From the NCBI GenBank assembly GCA_951406725.2, contig OX597815.1, forward strand, positions 113,708,001 through 113,772,000: a DNA stretch of 64,000 nucleotides, written 5' to 3'. This document shows, one piece after another, positions 26,342 through 38,490 of this stretch. The notes beneath the pieces were generated by a model, which was given only the letters and a program-made list of their open reading frames with translations, did no database searches and was not told the DNA's origin. A program made the translations under genes and the position numbers. The stretch comes from Octopus vulgaris. Taxonomy: Eukaryota. How positions within the stretch are numbered: position 1 is the first letter of the stretch; each line of letters starts with the position of its first letter.

Positions 26342-26800
26342 GTATATATATATATATGTACGTATATATATATATATGTACGTATATATATATATATGTA
26401 CGTATATATACATATATATGTACGTATATATACATATATATGTACGTATATATACATATATATGTACGTATATATATATATATGTACGTATATATACATA
26501 TATATGTACGTATATATATATATATATATATATACATATATATGTACGTATATATACATATATATGTACGTATATATACATATATATGTACGTATATATA
26601 CATATATATGTACGTATATATATACATATATATGTACGTATATATATACATATATATGTACGTATATATATACATATATATGTACGTATATATATACATA
26701 TATATGTACGTATATATATACATATGTATATACATTTATATACACATACATATATAAACATATATATACATACGTATATACACATATATACACACATATA
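26284..26800. repeat. Compound (GT)n/(TA)n microsatellite expanded into a TATATGTACGTATATA(CA) array
   Basis: Direct reading; explains the overlapping Y/I-rich ORFs on both strands. Confidence 0.95.
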
Positions 26801-27842
26801 TCTAATATATAAATCCCGTTCTGTCTGTTTGTGTGCTTATAACTCAAGTATTGTTCATCTGATTGCGTTGAAATTTTAAACATGGTTACATGAGAGAGCA
26901 GGGTATTCCGTAATCTTAAAAGATTTTCAAAATTGTCAATTTCAAAGTGAGAATTGCTATTTTTGTAATGTTTGCCTGTCCTTTGGATGATTAAATCTTC
27001 CATTTTTATTTTTATTCGAAACTACTGTTACGCGTCCCGTTGTTCTTACCACTATGTCAGTGAAAATCGAAATAAAATACTTAAAGCAACAGTTGTCAAA
27101 TACAAAAGCCAAAGAACTGTTAATTGTTTAAATTTCACTTGCAAAATTCACTTTGGAGATAAAACAGTGTTCAGTCTGGCATATAGGTGTCAACATAGGG
27201 TATGCTTGAGTGCAAAAAGTTTAAGGTTATTTATGATGTTCAATTCCACTTGAAGTTTTATATAAATTATGTTAAGATTCATTATCGATCAATTATCCTT
27301 ATTAAGAAGAAACAGTCAAAAGTAACCACCACATACAATAACCAAACATCTCCACTACTTAACACCGTCGAAGTTAACCCTCTTTCCCTTTATAGCTGAC
27401 ATGAAAAACTATGAGGAAAAGGCAACCATTTTAATTAAGCAAAAAAGAGAAAAAAATTGATTGCTACTAAAATGTGTAAAATCTTGGGGGTTAATAATCT
27501 TAATCTTTAGTTACAGTTTCTTATTCAAACTACATAATAGCCAGAATTCAGTTACTTCTATACTATAATTTACTTCTTCTAAATTGCTGACATGTTTCAT
27601 TCCAAGTATTTCATTTTGAGTTGTCGTTGAAACACCCTTAACTTTTAGTAGTTCATTTGACGAGTTCACAGTGCACTACAGAATAAGTAAAATAGCAAAT
27701 GCTTCTTTTATCCAAAGATTGCATTCACCCTAAGCAAAAGTAACAATCCCATGTAATCACCAAACATCTCCACAACTTAATACCATCCAAGTTAACCCTC
27801 TTCACCTATACAAACCATCCAATGGACAGGGGGCTTCACTAG
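26801..27842 (+). mobile_element. Non-autonomous Helitron (about 1.04 kb)
   Basis: A|TCTAATATATAAAT start, subterminal CCATCCAATGGACAGG hairpin and CTAG|T end; internal duplication 27305-27390 vs 27732-27810. Confidence 0.8.
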
Positions 27843-27882
27843 TATATTTATATATACATATATATATATATTTACATGCATT

Positions 27883-27958
<76 letters not shown>

Positions 27959-27960
27959 TA

Positions 27961-28996
27961 TCTTTTATGGGTTTCAGCCAGAGGCTGAGCCATGCTGGTG
28001 CACTGCCTTTACTGCATCCAGGGATTTTTCTAGTATTGCTTCTGGTGAAGTAGCAAGTTGGATGTTGCCATCTGAGCAATGTGCACATGGAAAGCTGTGT
28101 CGTTGCTCATGTGGATTCTCAGGTCACGCACCTACTCTAAGTCTGGGATTACATTGCCTGCTGGTTGTGTACTTCAGCTGTAGTTTGTTTGTGGGCTGAT
28201 AGTGGAGTACTTGAAAATTTGTGCCATTGAACTGCATATTATTCTCATCAGCCCATTTATGTATTGCGTTTAGGTCATTCTGCAGTCTTAGGATGTCAGT
28301 AGTATTCTTGACTGCCTGGTGAGTGTGGCTGACTCTATGGCTGAGGGCATGTCCGAGAGAGCAACCACAAACAGTAATGGACCCTGCACTCTTCCCTGGG
28401 GGACTCTACTGAGGATTGGTGTCACTTCAGAGAGAGCACCATTAGCTGTGACAGCCTTCTGCCCCTTAGGAAATCATGTAGCCACTCTCTAAGTCTACCA
28501 GCAATACCAAGGTCATGCAATATGTGACATATCCTCTCATGATCGACTTTGTCAAACACCTTGGCAAAGTTGAGATATATCACATCCACATTTGAATGGT
28601 TGAGCTGTTGTTTCAGTACCCAGCTGAAGTGCTGTAGTAGCTGTGTTAGGCAGCTCTGTCCATGATGGAAACCATGTTGAATGTCTGTAAGCAGGTAATT
28701 TTCCTCTAGGAACATGGTCAGTATTTTTCTGACAATGCGTTCCGTATTCTTGCTGACATGTGAGATCAGAGAGATAGGTCTGTAGTTTATAGCATCTGCT
28801 CTGCTTCCTCCTTTGAGGACAGAGCAGATTATTCCTTCTTTTAACATTTAAAGAAATGTACTGCATTCAAAGGAACTCTGGAAAAGCATTTGCAGTGGTT
28901 TTGCAAGAGTATGTTTTTAACAGGCTTGCTGGGAGTCCATTGGGGCTTGTTGCTGATTTTGGATTTATCTCATCAATGACTGACAGTTCATCCTCT

Positions 28997-28997
<1 letters not shown>
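27961..28997 (-). pseudogene. CR1/Jockey-group LINE RT fragment with probable 3' end
   Basis: KGGSR..NYRPISLISHVSK..ERIV..QHGF..SCLTQLL..DVIYLNFAKVFDKVDH..WLHDFLRGR, then PQG..GPLLF in another frame. Confidence 0.9.
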
Positions 28998-29042
<45 letters not shown>

Positions 29043-29534
29043 CATATGTATACACACACACACACACCTACATATGTATACACACACACACACACATATA
29101 TATATATGGTGGTGCTCCAGCATGACCAGCCACTTGGCTGAAACAAATAGCAACAAAATATATATATATATATATATATAGAATATATTATATTGTTATT
29201 CTTGTTGTTTGTATTTGTAATCGTGTAACATTTTCTCTGTTTTCTCATTTTTTTTGTCCATGTTGTTGCACAAATTTACCTGCTTTCTTCCAAAAATTTA
29301 ATGTCCTTAGCTTAGATTATTGGGGCCTACCAATTTTGAACAGTCCCAAGTGTAACAGGCTGAAACTGTAATGATAATTGGAATCTTGACTGATGAAATA
29401 GAAAGCCACAAATGTTCCATCCTGGTTTTCCTGTCCATCCTTGTATCATCCAACTGTCATTGTTGTCTGTTACATTCTTGGTCCATTTTTTTTATTTATA
29501 TATGTATGTATATTTATATTTATTGCATATCTTT

Positions 29535-29589
<55 letters not shown>

Positions 29590-30160
29590 ATTTAATATAC
29601 TTAAGCATAATCAATTTTCCATTCTTTTTTTTCTCCATACTAGCATGAGAGGGTTGAGCCTTTTGGGGACCAGATGGTCTTCCTGATGCTAACCTTATAA
29701 AGTACTTTATACCACTAGTATTTGCATATTGAGCTGTCAAAAGGCAGGACATATTACTTTTTCTCAATCCATGTCAATGCGAAGATGTGTGTGTACATGC
29801 ATGCACACATACATTCATACACACACACACACACACACATGACAAGCCTCTATACAATTTTTATTTATGAAATTTCACTCAAAATACATTGGTCAACCCA
29901 AGGTTGTGATTGCTAAGGGACTTTGTTAACCGCACAGCTATGCTTGCATATACAAACACATGCACATGCACACATATATATACATGTTCATATTTGTATC
30001 TATTTTTACATGCACATGCATCATCATCCTTTGTGAAACGGAATTTGTTGGGGCTGGTTTTCTATGACTGGATGCCCTACTTATTGCAGTCCCTCACCTG
30101 TTTCCAAGATAAGGGTATACATATAAATACATACATACATATACACATATATATACATAC

Positions 30161-30203
<43 letters not shown>

Positions 30204-30209
<6 letters not shown>

Positions 30210-30442
30210 TACTTTAGGTTTCCTGTCTATAAAGGGTTTAGCTTTATGGCATCAGTTCCCAAAAACCTGTCGGCCCATGACCTCTTAAAAATATGGAGAG
30301 GGAAATGCTTCACTACCTTTGAGTAGTGAGGTATTTCCCTCTCCATTTTTTTAAGAGGTCATGGGTTCACAGGTTTTGGGGATCTGACAATACACCATAA
30401 AGCTAAACCCTTTATGGACAGGAAACCTAAGGTAATCCCATA
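30204..30442. mobile_element. Near-perfect fold-back palindrome (MITE-like) next to (TA)n
   Basis: Arms of about 115 bp (TTAGGTTTCCTGTC..TCACTAC / GTAGTGA..GACAGGAAACCTAA) around a CTTTGA loop. Confidence 0.85.
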
Positions 30443-30721
30443 AACCTGCCTTCCCCATTTTTAATATATACTACTCTACATCTTAGAGTGGGCTTTTTCT
30501 GGATTTATGTTTTCTAGAAACAATACACATACACGACAAGCTTCTTCCAGTTTAAAATATTCTTTGACAAATAACTAAAATGTTGATTTTTTTGTTTTTT
30601 TCAATTTCGTGTGTCGTATACATTGTGAAAACTAAGTAAAAGTAACTTTTTTTTCGTGCTTTTATTCTTTCTCTTACTCTCTCTCTCTCTCTCTCTCACT
30701 GTCATCCACATTCTTTCACGG

Positions 30722-30753
<32 letters not shown>

Positions 30754-30834
30754 ACACACACAAGCACAGGAATTTAGAAGACATTAGATTTCTTACCTTT
30801 TTAGTGTTAGTGGTGGCACACACGTGTGTCTGTG

Positions 30835-30890
<56 letters not shown>

Positions 30891-31039
30891 TATATATCTG
30901 TGTATGTATGTGTATAATGTGTATATATATGTGTGTGTATGCATGCATATTCATTCATTAGTGTCATTAAGAAGTTCCATACTACTTACTTTCTTGGCAC
31001 CGAATATTAGAGAAGCAGGTTTGCTATAGACAGAAGTCT

Positions 31040-31330
31040 GCTATGATTGGGTGTGCCAGCTACTGCTCAAAGAGGGAGGAAAGAGTAACTATGAGAGAGA
31101 AGTGTGTGTGTTTTTGTGTGTGTGAGAGAGGTGTGTGTGTCTTTGTGTATGTGAGAAAGAGAGAGAGAGAATCAACATAGCATTGGTTAATGCAGAGGCT
31201 AAGGAATCTTTTTACCTTCCACCCTACTATGGTATTTATAAATATCAGGTGGTAACTTCATAAGCAGTACCGTGTTCATCAAACTCTCTCTTGCCAGTCT
31301 GTTGTTGAGGGCTCCTACTGAAGTGAGCTG
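31040..31330 (+). promoter_or_regulatory. Candidate core promoter and non-coding first exon
   Basis: ATTGG boxes, TATAAATA at 31237-31244, CAGT about 29 nt downstream, E-box CAGGTG, possible donor GAA|GTGAGC at 31323; TE-free stretch upstream of the coding exon. Confidence 0.3.
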
Positions 31331-32302
31331 GCGATTTGGCTGGGGAGGAGATTTTAATCAGGACTCTCTTCTTTCTTTTCTGTTTTTTTTTTGTTTCGTT
31401 GTTTTGGTCCCTCATTAGATTTTTCTTTTATTTAATTATATTTGCATCTAACATAGAGGTATTCTGCTGAACTGAAACGAAACTCTTTGCAAAGTTACTA
31501 TTTTTGTCAATTTAGTTATCTGCTGCTAGGTTTTTTAGCACTGTACTGAAAAATACTCAGGTGACACCTGTTAAGTTATGCAGTAGTAAAGATGTTTCTA
31601 CCTAGTTTTTTCATTATCATACCTTTTTTTAAAAAATTCTGTTGCTCCTAGCCTAGTACTGTCTGACATAATGTATGACGGATTGTTTTCACATATGCTA
31701 TTTGATTTTTCAACTAAGTTTTCTATGGCATTGATTTGTGCAGTAACCTGTAAAAACTGTTATATACTTTATTTTATTTCATTTTTTTGGCGGGGTCTGT
31801 CAGCTGTAACTTCAAGCGTTTCTATTCAACATGTTTCAAGTAGTTAATTAGTCTAACTCATTTCCTCAATGTTTTCTCCAATAGTTTAGTTTTAAAGTAA
31901 TTTCTAGTAATTTATTTTACTTCTCTAAGCTCTTGTATTTTTCATCTTTTTTCTTTTACTATCTAAATTTTACAGCAAACTATGTTTGAATATGTAAGAA
32001 GTTAGTTTTAGAAGTTTTCTTAAAATTGTGTGTGCATGTGTGTGCGAGTGAATGAGTGTGTGTGTGAGTGAGTGAGTATGTGTGTCTGTATATATGTATG
32101 TGTGTATGTATGTATATAAAATCTTCGAAAATTCTTTATAATACTTGGGTTTTTTGGAAATTTTTTGTTTATATAGTTTAATTATTTAATGCTTTAGAGT
32201 CTGATATCTTTTTGTGAGTGATTCTGTATGCATAGTTGGAGATAATTTTCATTTCTAGTGGTGGGTGCTGTGTACTTTGGTATTTTACATATAACATTTA
32301 CA

Positions 32303-32578
32303 ATGGCTTCGAAATGTCGAAGAATTTTAGCATTAAAAGAAAAAGAAGAGAGCAGTTTTCATCAATCAAGGAGCAGAGCTAAGAACCGGAAAATTTACTC
32401 ACATCGGTCTTTATCCCTGTCATCACGGATTGGTCGGCCGGATTATGGAACTATCCATGAAGAGGAGGAAGATCTGCCACAAAGTACCCTGATAGGGAAA
32501 CGGAGCCGTAGCTTGGCATCTTTAGTACGATATAGTTCACGGAAATCTGTTCACAATTTGGTAAAAATGTTTGAAACA
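32303..32578 (+). CDS. Candidate first coding exon (92 aa, low-complexity basic/Ser-rich N-terminus) of an unidentified gene
   Basis: ATG in ACAATGG context, 276 nt open and non-repetitive with CpG-containing codons, ending at ACA|GTAAGT (phase 0); possible acceptor TTTTCATTTCTAG| at 32258. Confidence 0.75.
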
Positions 32579-32616
32579 GTAAGTAATATTTTATTTCAAT
32601 GCAAATTTGATCATTA

Positions 32617-32654
<38 letters not shown>

Positions 32655-32655
<1 letters not shown>

Positions 32656-33540
32656 AGCAGTGAGCTGGCAGAATCGTTAGCATGCTGGACAAAATGCTTA
32701 GTGGTATTTCACCCGTCGCTATGTTCTGAGTTCAAATTCTGCCGAGGTCAACTTTGCCTGTCATCCTTTCAGGGTCGATAAATTAAGTACCAGTTGAACA
32801 CTGGGGTTGATGTAATCGACACATCTTTTCCCCCAAAATGGCCGCCCTTGTGGCAGCATTTGAAACCATTATTATTATTGTCATCATTATTATTATAATT
32901 AAGCAGCAAGCTGATGAAATGCTCCGCAGCATTTGTTTCACTTTACATTATGAGTTCAAATGCTGCCTGGGTTGACTTTGCCTTCCATCTTTTTGGAGTT
33001 GATAATGTATGAACCAGGTGAGCACTGTGGTTGATAAAATCAACTGACCCCTTCCTCCAAACTTTCAAGCCTTGCACCTATAGTAAAAAGCATTATTATT
33101 ATTATTATTATTCCACTGAGGCCAACTTTGCCTTTCATCCTTTCGGGGTTGATAAACTAAGTACCAGTGAAACACTGGGTCGATGTAATCGACTAGTCCC
33201 CTAAATTTCAGGTCTCGTACCTATTATTATTATTGTTGTTGTTGTTGTTGTTGTTGTTAGAACATTGGAGCCTGGTGCAGCCTCCTGGCTTGCCAGTTCT
33301 CATTTAAACCGTCCGACCCATGCCAGCATGGAAAGTGGACATTAAGCAATGATGATGATGATGACGATTGGTCTTGTAATATTTCTCATGGTTCTTTATG
33401 TTCTGAATTCATACCTTTCCCAGGTCAATGTTGCTTTTCATTCCTCCAGAGTCAATGGAAGAAAGTACCAACCAAATATTGGGATTGATATAATTGATCG
33501 TTCCCCTTACTTAAATTTCTGGCTTTACGCTGATTTTAGA
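32655..33540 (+). mobile_element. Stack of about four family M SINEs and an RTE tail separated by (TTA)n/(TTG)n/(GAT)n
   Basis: M core repeated at about 32745, 32970, 33120 and 33420; RTE tail at about 33258-33366. Confidence 0.75.
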
Positions 33541-33929
33541 AACAAGTATGATTACAATTCTTATTATCACTGCTATCCTATTATTAGTAACAATGATAGT
33601 AATAATGACATAAATAACAGAGCATTAGATTGTGTACATTCCTGTTCAGAGTTCAATTCACATTAGAATCAGCTTTGTCTCCTAAGCCAGTAAAATATTA
33701 CAATTGGATCAATCCTTATGATTTCATTCTTTTGTTATTGGGGTTTTCATTTATAACAGTCATAAACTGTCCCATTATGCAATGATGTACAGGGGTCCTT
33801 TCTGTAAAACATTTCTCATTACTTTTGTTAAAACTAATTATTCATTATCATATTAAACCATTTGAGGTTACTATTACATTGTTGATGATGATGGTTTGTT
33901 AATCCTTGCGTAAACCATAAGGATCCATT

Positions 33930-34145
33930 GAGTCAGGAGATAGTAGTTAGGAAACCTAAGTTGTGGACACTTGATCTGCTAGAAATAGCAGCCAAATCTT
34001 CTTCTAATCATGCCCTGTCATCTTAAAAAGAAAAGGACTTATAGGATGCTGTATATCTCAGTACATTATGTTTGAATAAAATAAGAGAGTCATAGCTGGA
34101 ATGCCTTTCATTATAGAGCTGTTCAATTGGATTGGGACTGGAGGT
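33930..34145 (+). mobile_element. Old interspersed repeat family D
   Basis: CTGCTAGAAATAGCAGCCAAATCT..GCTGGAATGCCTTT..CATAG; related copies at about 36645, 40210, 40525, 45330, 54055, 58340 and 61280. Confidence 0.65.
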
Positions 34146-35387
34146 AACTTCATTTCTGCCACAAGAAAAATTTTCCCAACAGGTAGATGTATAGAAGTGA
34201 ATGTGTAGCCCAGAAAGAGACTTGCTGAAATTTTTGTAAGCAAAATTTGAATATGCAGCCCGTGATTTATTTAGTTCTTCAGTACCTCTTTTAACTCACT
34301 TAGATATGTGGATCTGTTATTAACTCTTCCATGTTAAATACTTCATAAATTTACATTATATTGGATGCATGGGCTAAAAAAGCAAAAAAGCAAAACAAAT
34401 GCTTTTTATCTTAGCATGTGCAGTTAGTAACAGGTAACTTGTGTAGGATTGTTTAGAGATAAGGTTTGGTGACCTAATGTTACATTTTTATGCATTTTAA
34501 TTTTTTTTTAATATTGCTCTAAATATGAAAACAGGTTTTGAAAAAGAAAAAAAAACGATAATGATCTACCCCACTCCTACCTCACTTTTTTTTTCTGTAT
34601 AAATAAAATTTCATTTTTATTTCAGTTTGTTGTTTACAGTAGGATTATTATGTTGGCATTTGAAATTCCAAACCACACCTATAGTTGTATTGTATCATGA
34701 TCATCAGCAACATCATCATTATCATGATCATCACTGATATCACTTCCTTTTGTGTTCATTGAGCTTTATCTTGACATTTTATTTATCAAGCAGTTTCACA
34801 TGGGCATGTGTGCACACATGCGCACAGATGTGCACAAGTACATGCATGTGCATGCACATAAATGCCACATATACGCAAACACGACACAAATCATGCATTA
34901 TTCAAACACACAAACATGCATTACATGCACGTGCATATGCATACACACACACACACACGGTCAAAAGCATGATACTATAAACAACAGTGTTGCCATATCT
35001 GAGTTATTATCTCAGCTGATTACTGTTAGATTTACATTCTCTCCTACTATGATGTTGTTATTTCTGTGAGAGTAGTAGTAGTAGTAGTAGTAGTTTGTAT
35101 GAGATGTTTACTGTTATATGGACACTGTGTAATTCTTCATTTAGCTAGAGTTATAGTGTGTGTATATTTACATTCAGCTATACTACACTGTTTATGTACA
35201 CGAGTATTAGCGTATTCTCAAGTGTGAGTGTAGTTATATGTGCATGTCTGCAAGGCAAAATAGTGTTTCTGTAATCTTTTATTCATTTATTTGTGCAAGC
35301 ACAACCCCCAAAGTTCTAGGTGTGAGTGTGTGCTTGTGTGAACATATGCACTAGCATCTGTTTTCAAGTTAGCAATGTATTTGTGTT

Positions 35388-35421
<34 letters not shown>

Positions 35422-36766
35422 CGTTCTTTGAGTAAAATGCATGTATGTTACTAAATAAGAATAACAAATGCATTCACGTGTTTATCACAATTTCCAAATC
35501 GGTACTTTTCTTGTGGATGTATACACATAATATCTCCCACTCTCTTTATATATGTATATATATATTCATGCAAACATACATAAAGGTATGACATATATCT
35601 ATAGTTTTAGGGGATCATACTGTGTGTAGCTATCTTTTTATTTTTTGCAAAGTCTTATCTGTATCTAAATGTGTATGTGTGTGTTTATATATATGCATGC
35701 TTATTTTCATTCAAGCATAACATCATAGATGTTCAGCTTCCCAAGTTTTTCTTCACTCGGTTTCTTTCTGATTATTATTTTTTTTTCTCTACATTTATAT
35801 CCTAACAATCTGCAAAGGTGAAAATGTCTGGGAACAGTGGGTGTTAACGTTGATAATATATCTGAACCAATAATAACCAAACCAAGGGTTGGTGGGGAGT
35901 CTCTCTCTCTCTCTCTCCCCCATCCATTCCTAAAACTAACATAAATCTATCTTCCAAAACTACAGATCTTTATCAAATATTTAACCTACATAGCATTGAT
36001 ATGACTTCTTATAATACCATTTTTTTGGCTAGGACTCAAGGTTGCAGAATTAATTATATTATAGGGCAGGTAAAAATGAGATGTTGTAATGTACATGACT
36101 TTCCCAAAGACACTAACAGTATTGCAAGTGAAATGAAATTGTTTTGACCAGGAATCAAAATCACATCATAGAATCTACTTACTAGGAGCTACTTTTTATT
36201 ATATTGTATCAATACTAACATAAACAAAACACTTTTGTTTCACACATGTGTACTATGAAGTTTCTACTTGCATTCTATTATATGGATATGAATTAGTTTG
36301 ATATCCCAAGGGTTAATACTGAGTTCGTTTGGCAGAATCCACCATAGTGCAAGTATTTGGGCTAGGTCCTTTGTTTTAAGAATAACTTCCTTTCTTCCTC
36401 CTACCATTTTCAGAGGTCCTTGAGAGGGTCATGAGTGTTGCCCTTTCTCCTCTTAACTAAGCTATAGAAAAAAAAAGATAACCCCACCTTAACCCAATTT
36501 TTTTAGAGGCTTTTAGTTCCTTTTGAGGTTGCTTTCTATAACATATGAAGTCTCTTAACTAATTGAATATCAAAGCAACCCAGTTCACTTATTTTAATTG
36601 TTTACACATGTGGATATTTGTGTTTGTGTTTATATAACATACCTGTTGTTGTTGTTGTTTATCCTCTTGACAGTTCTGATAGAAACAGAGCAGACTTATG
36701 CTCAAAAGTGTTCCAGTTGTGTATTTAGAACTATGTTCTACACTTTTGAAGATGGTTGTGCATGAT

Positions 36767-36978
36767 TTAACTCTTTAGCAATCAAACTTGTATCAGGCCC
36801 AAATATTCCACCAATCTTATGTTTAAACTGGCCGCATGTGGCCTCTTAGATCTACTTAATAATATCATTCTGAAAATAAACATCACATAATCAAAATTTC
36901 AGAGCTACAAGATAATGCATGGTTAATATAAAACAATGTGAATAAATAAGCATCACATTTGACAGAGTGCAAGGTTAA
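36767..36978 (-). mobile_element. piggyBac-type MITE (family P1) inside a family D copy
   Basis: TTAA-CTCTTTAGCA...AAGG-TTAA; reverse complement of 45460-45682. Confidence 0.7.
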
Positions 36979-37149
36979 AGGGAATTTTGCTGTTATTTGT
37001 AGCAGGTTGAGTGACCACAATGAGAGCCACCTCATTGACTCAAAAGCTTACCTGTTGAAATATGAAGTGTGTAATACGTTCAATAATTGAATTTGGTGTC
37101 ACAGGAGTCAATTACTTCTTAAGCAGTATAAACTACTGGTGCGGAAGAA

Positions 37150-37790
37150 GTTCAGTGGGATTGCATATAGGTTAAGAGAGGACTTTGGGTGTAGTAGACA
37201 TACGAAGAGCATTTATAAAATGTGTTCCAGAAAATACTGATAATGCTCTGTAGAAATAATTGATCATTTCTATTACTTGGTCAATAGTTGAGGCAGGTGT
37301 TCTGAAAGCTAAATAGCCAGAGTAAGAATGGGGTAGAAAATGTTGACCAAGTAATCACCTGTGCTGGTAAAAAAAGGGATTCTCTCTGGTATAGGATTAG
37401 ATTGAATGATACTTCTGTGTGAAGTATGATACTAAGTGTTTGTGAAATTGAATGCAGACAATGTATGAAGGCAGGAAGAGTTGAATGAGCAAGCTCTACT
37501 GAATGTATAATGTTGGTGGGAATGAATAATGGAACACAAGTGAGTTGAAAGCCAAACTGAGTATTATAGGTGAAGACTATGTGGTACAAAAATATAAGGC
37601 ATGTAGAGGATGACAGTGGGCACAGAAGTATCAAGCAATTCGAGAGGAGGTGGATCATGGAAATGGAAGACTGAGAACAATGTGGAAAGAAGTGGTAAAG
37701 GCTGATATTAGGATGCTGAATCCCACAAAGGGGATGACAAGGGATTGTAACACAAGGCTATACACTGTTCAAGTGATGTCCAACCTTGAA
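37150..37790 (+). pseudogene. Decayed RTE LINE C-terminus
   Basis: GNGRLRTMWKEVVKADIRML..GMTRD aligns by eye with GRGRPRKTWDEVVKHDLRTL..AMTKD at 18339-18470. Confidence 0.6.
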
Positions 37791-38058
37791 CTATATGAAC
37801 TGGTATTTCATATCAAAAATAGTTATTAATTTGTTCAGTTGATCAAATGAACATAGTTTGGTGCAAACTTAGGAGGATATTGTTGTATAGCTAAAGATCA
37901 AGCTGCACTGTATTGGTACAGTAGACCCTATCTATCTGTCTCTTTTTCATCCATTATCTCTCATGTTCTTCCTTTTCTCCCCTCTCTCTCTCTCTCTCTC
38001 TCTCGCATATATATATATAGTTACCTATTATCTATCTCTCTCTCTCTTTATCTATCTA

Positions 38059-38490
38059 TCATCATCATCATTTAACGTCCATTTTCCATGCTGGCATGGG
38101 TTGGGTGGTTTGGCTGGGGACTGACAAGCCAGTAGGCTGTGCCAGGCTCCAATCTGACCTGGCAAAGTTTCTACAGGTGGATGCCCTTCCTAATGCAACC
38201 ACTCCGAGAGTGTAGTGGGTGCTTTTTACATGCCATTGGCATGGGAGCCAGTCAGGCAGCACTGGCATTGACCATGTTCAGTTGGTGCTTTTTATGTGCC
38301 ACCAGTACAGGAACCAGTCGGGGTTGGGGAGACTAGCATCGGCCACGTTTGGATGGTGCTTTTTATGTGCCACCAGCACAGGGAGCCAGTCAAGCAGCCC
38401 TGACATCAACCCATGCTTGAATGGTGCTTATTACATCCCACCAGCATGGGTGCCAGTTAGAATTGGCATCGGCCACAACTACAATTCCCA
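38059..38490 (-). mobile_element. RTE 3' tail with four tandem modules
   Basis: (CAT)n start, four GGTGCTT(T/A)TTA modules, ending CACAACTACAATT as at about 18142-18155. Confidence 0.8.

Noticed and set aside
26231-27003. Six long overlapping ORFs (165-248 aa)
   Set aside because: Translations of the TA/TACG array (Y/I/V/T repeats); no coding signal.
32579-32680. C-terminal part of the 140-aa ORF (poly-Ile)
   Set aside because: Read-through past the GTAAGT donor into (TTA)n and a SINE head.
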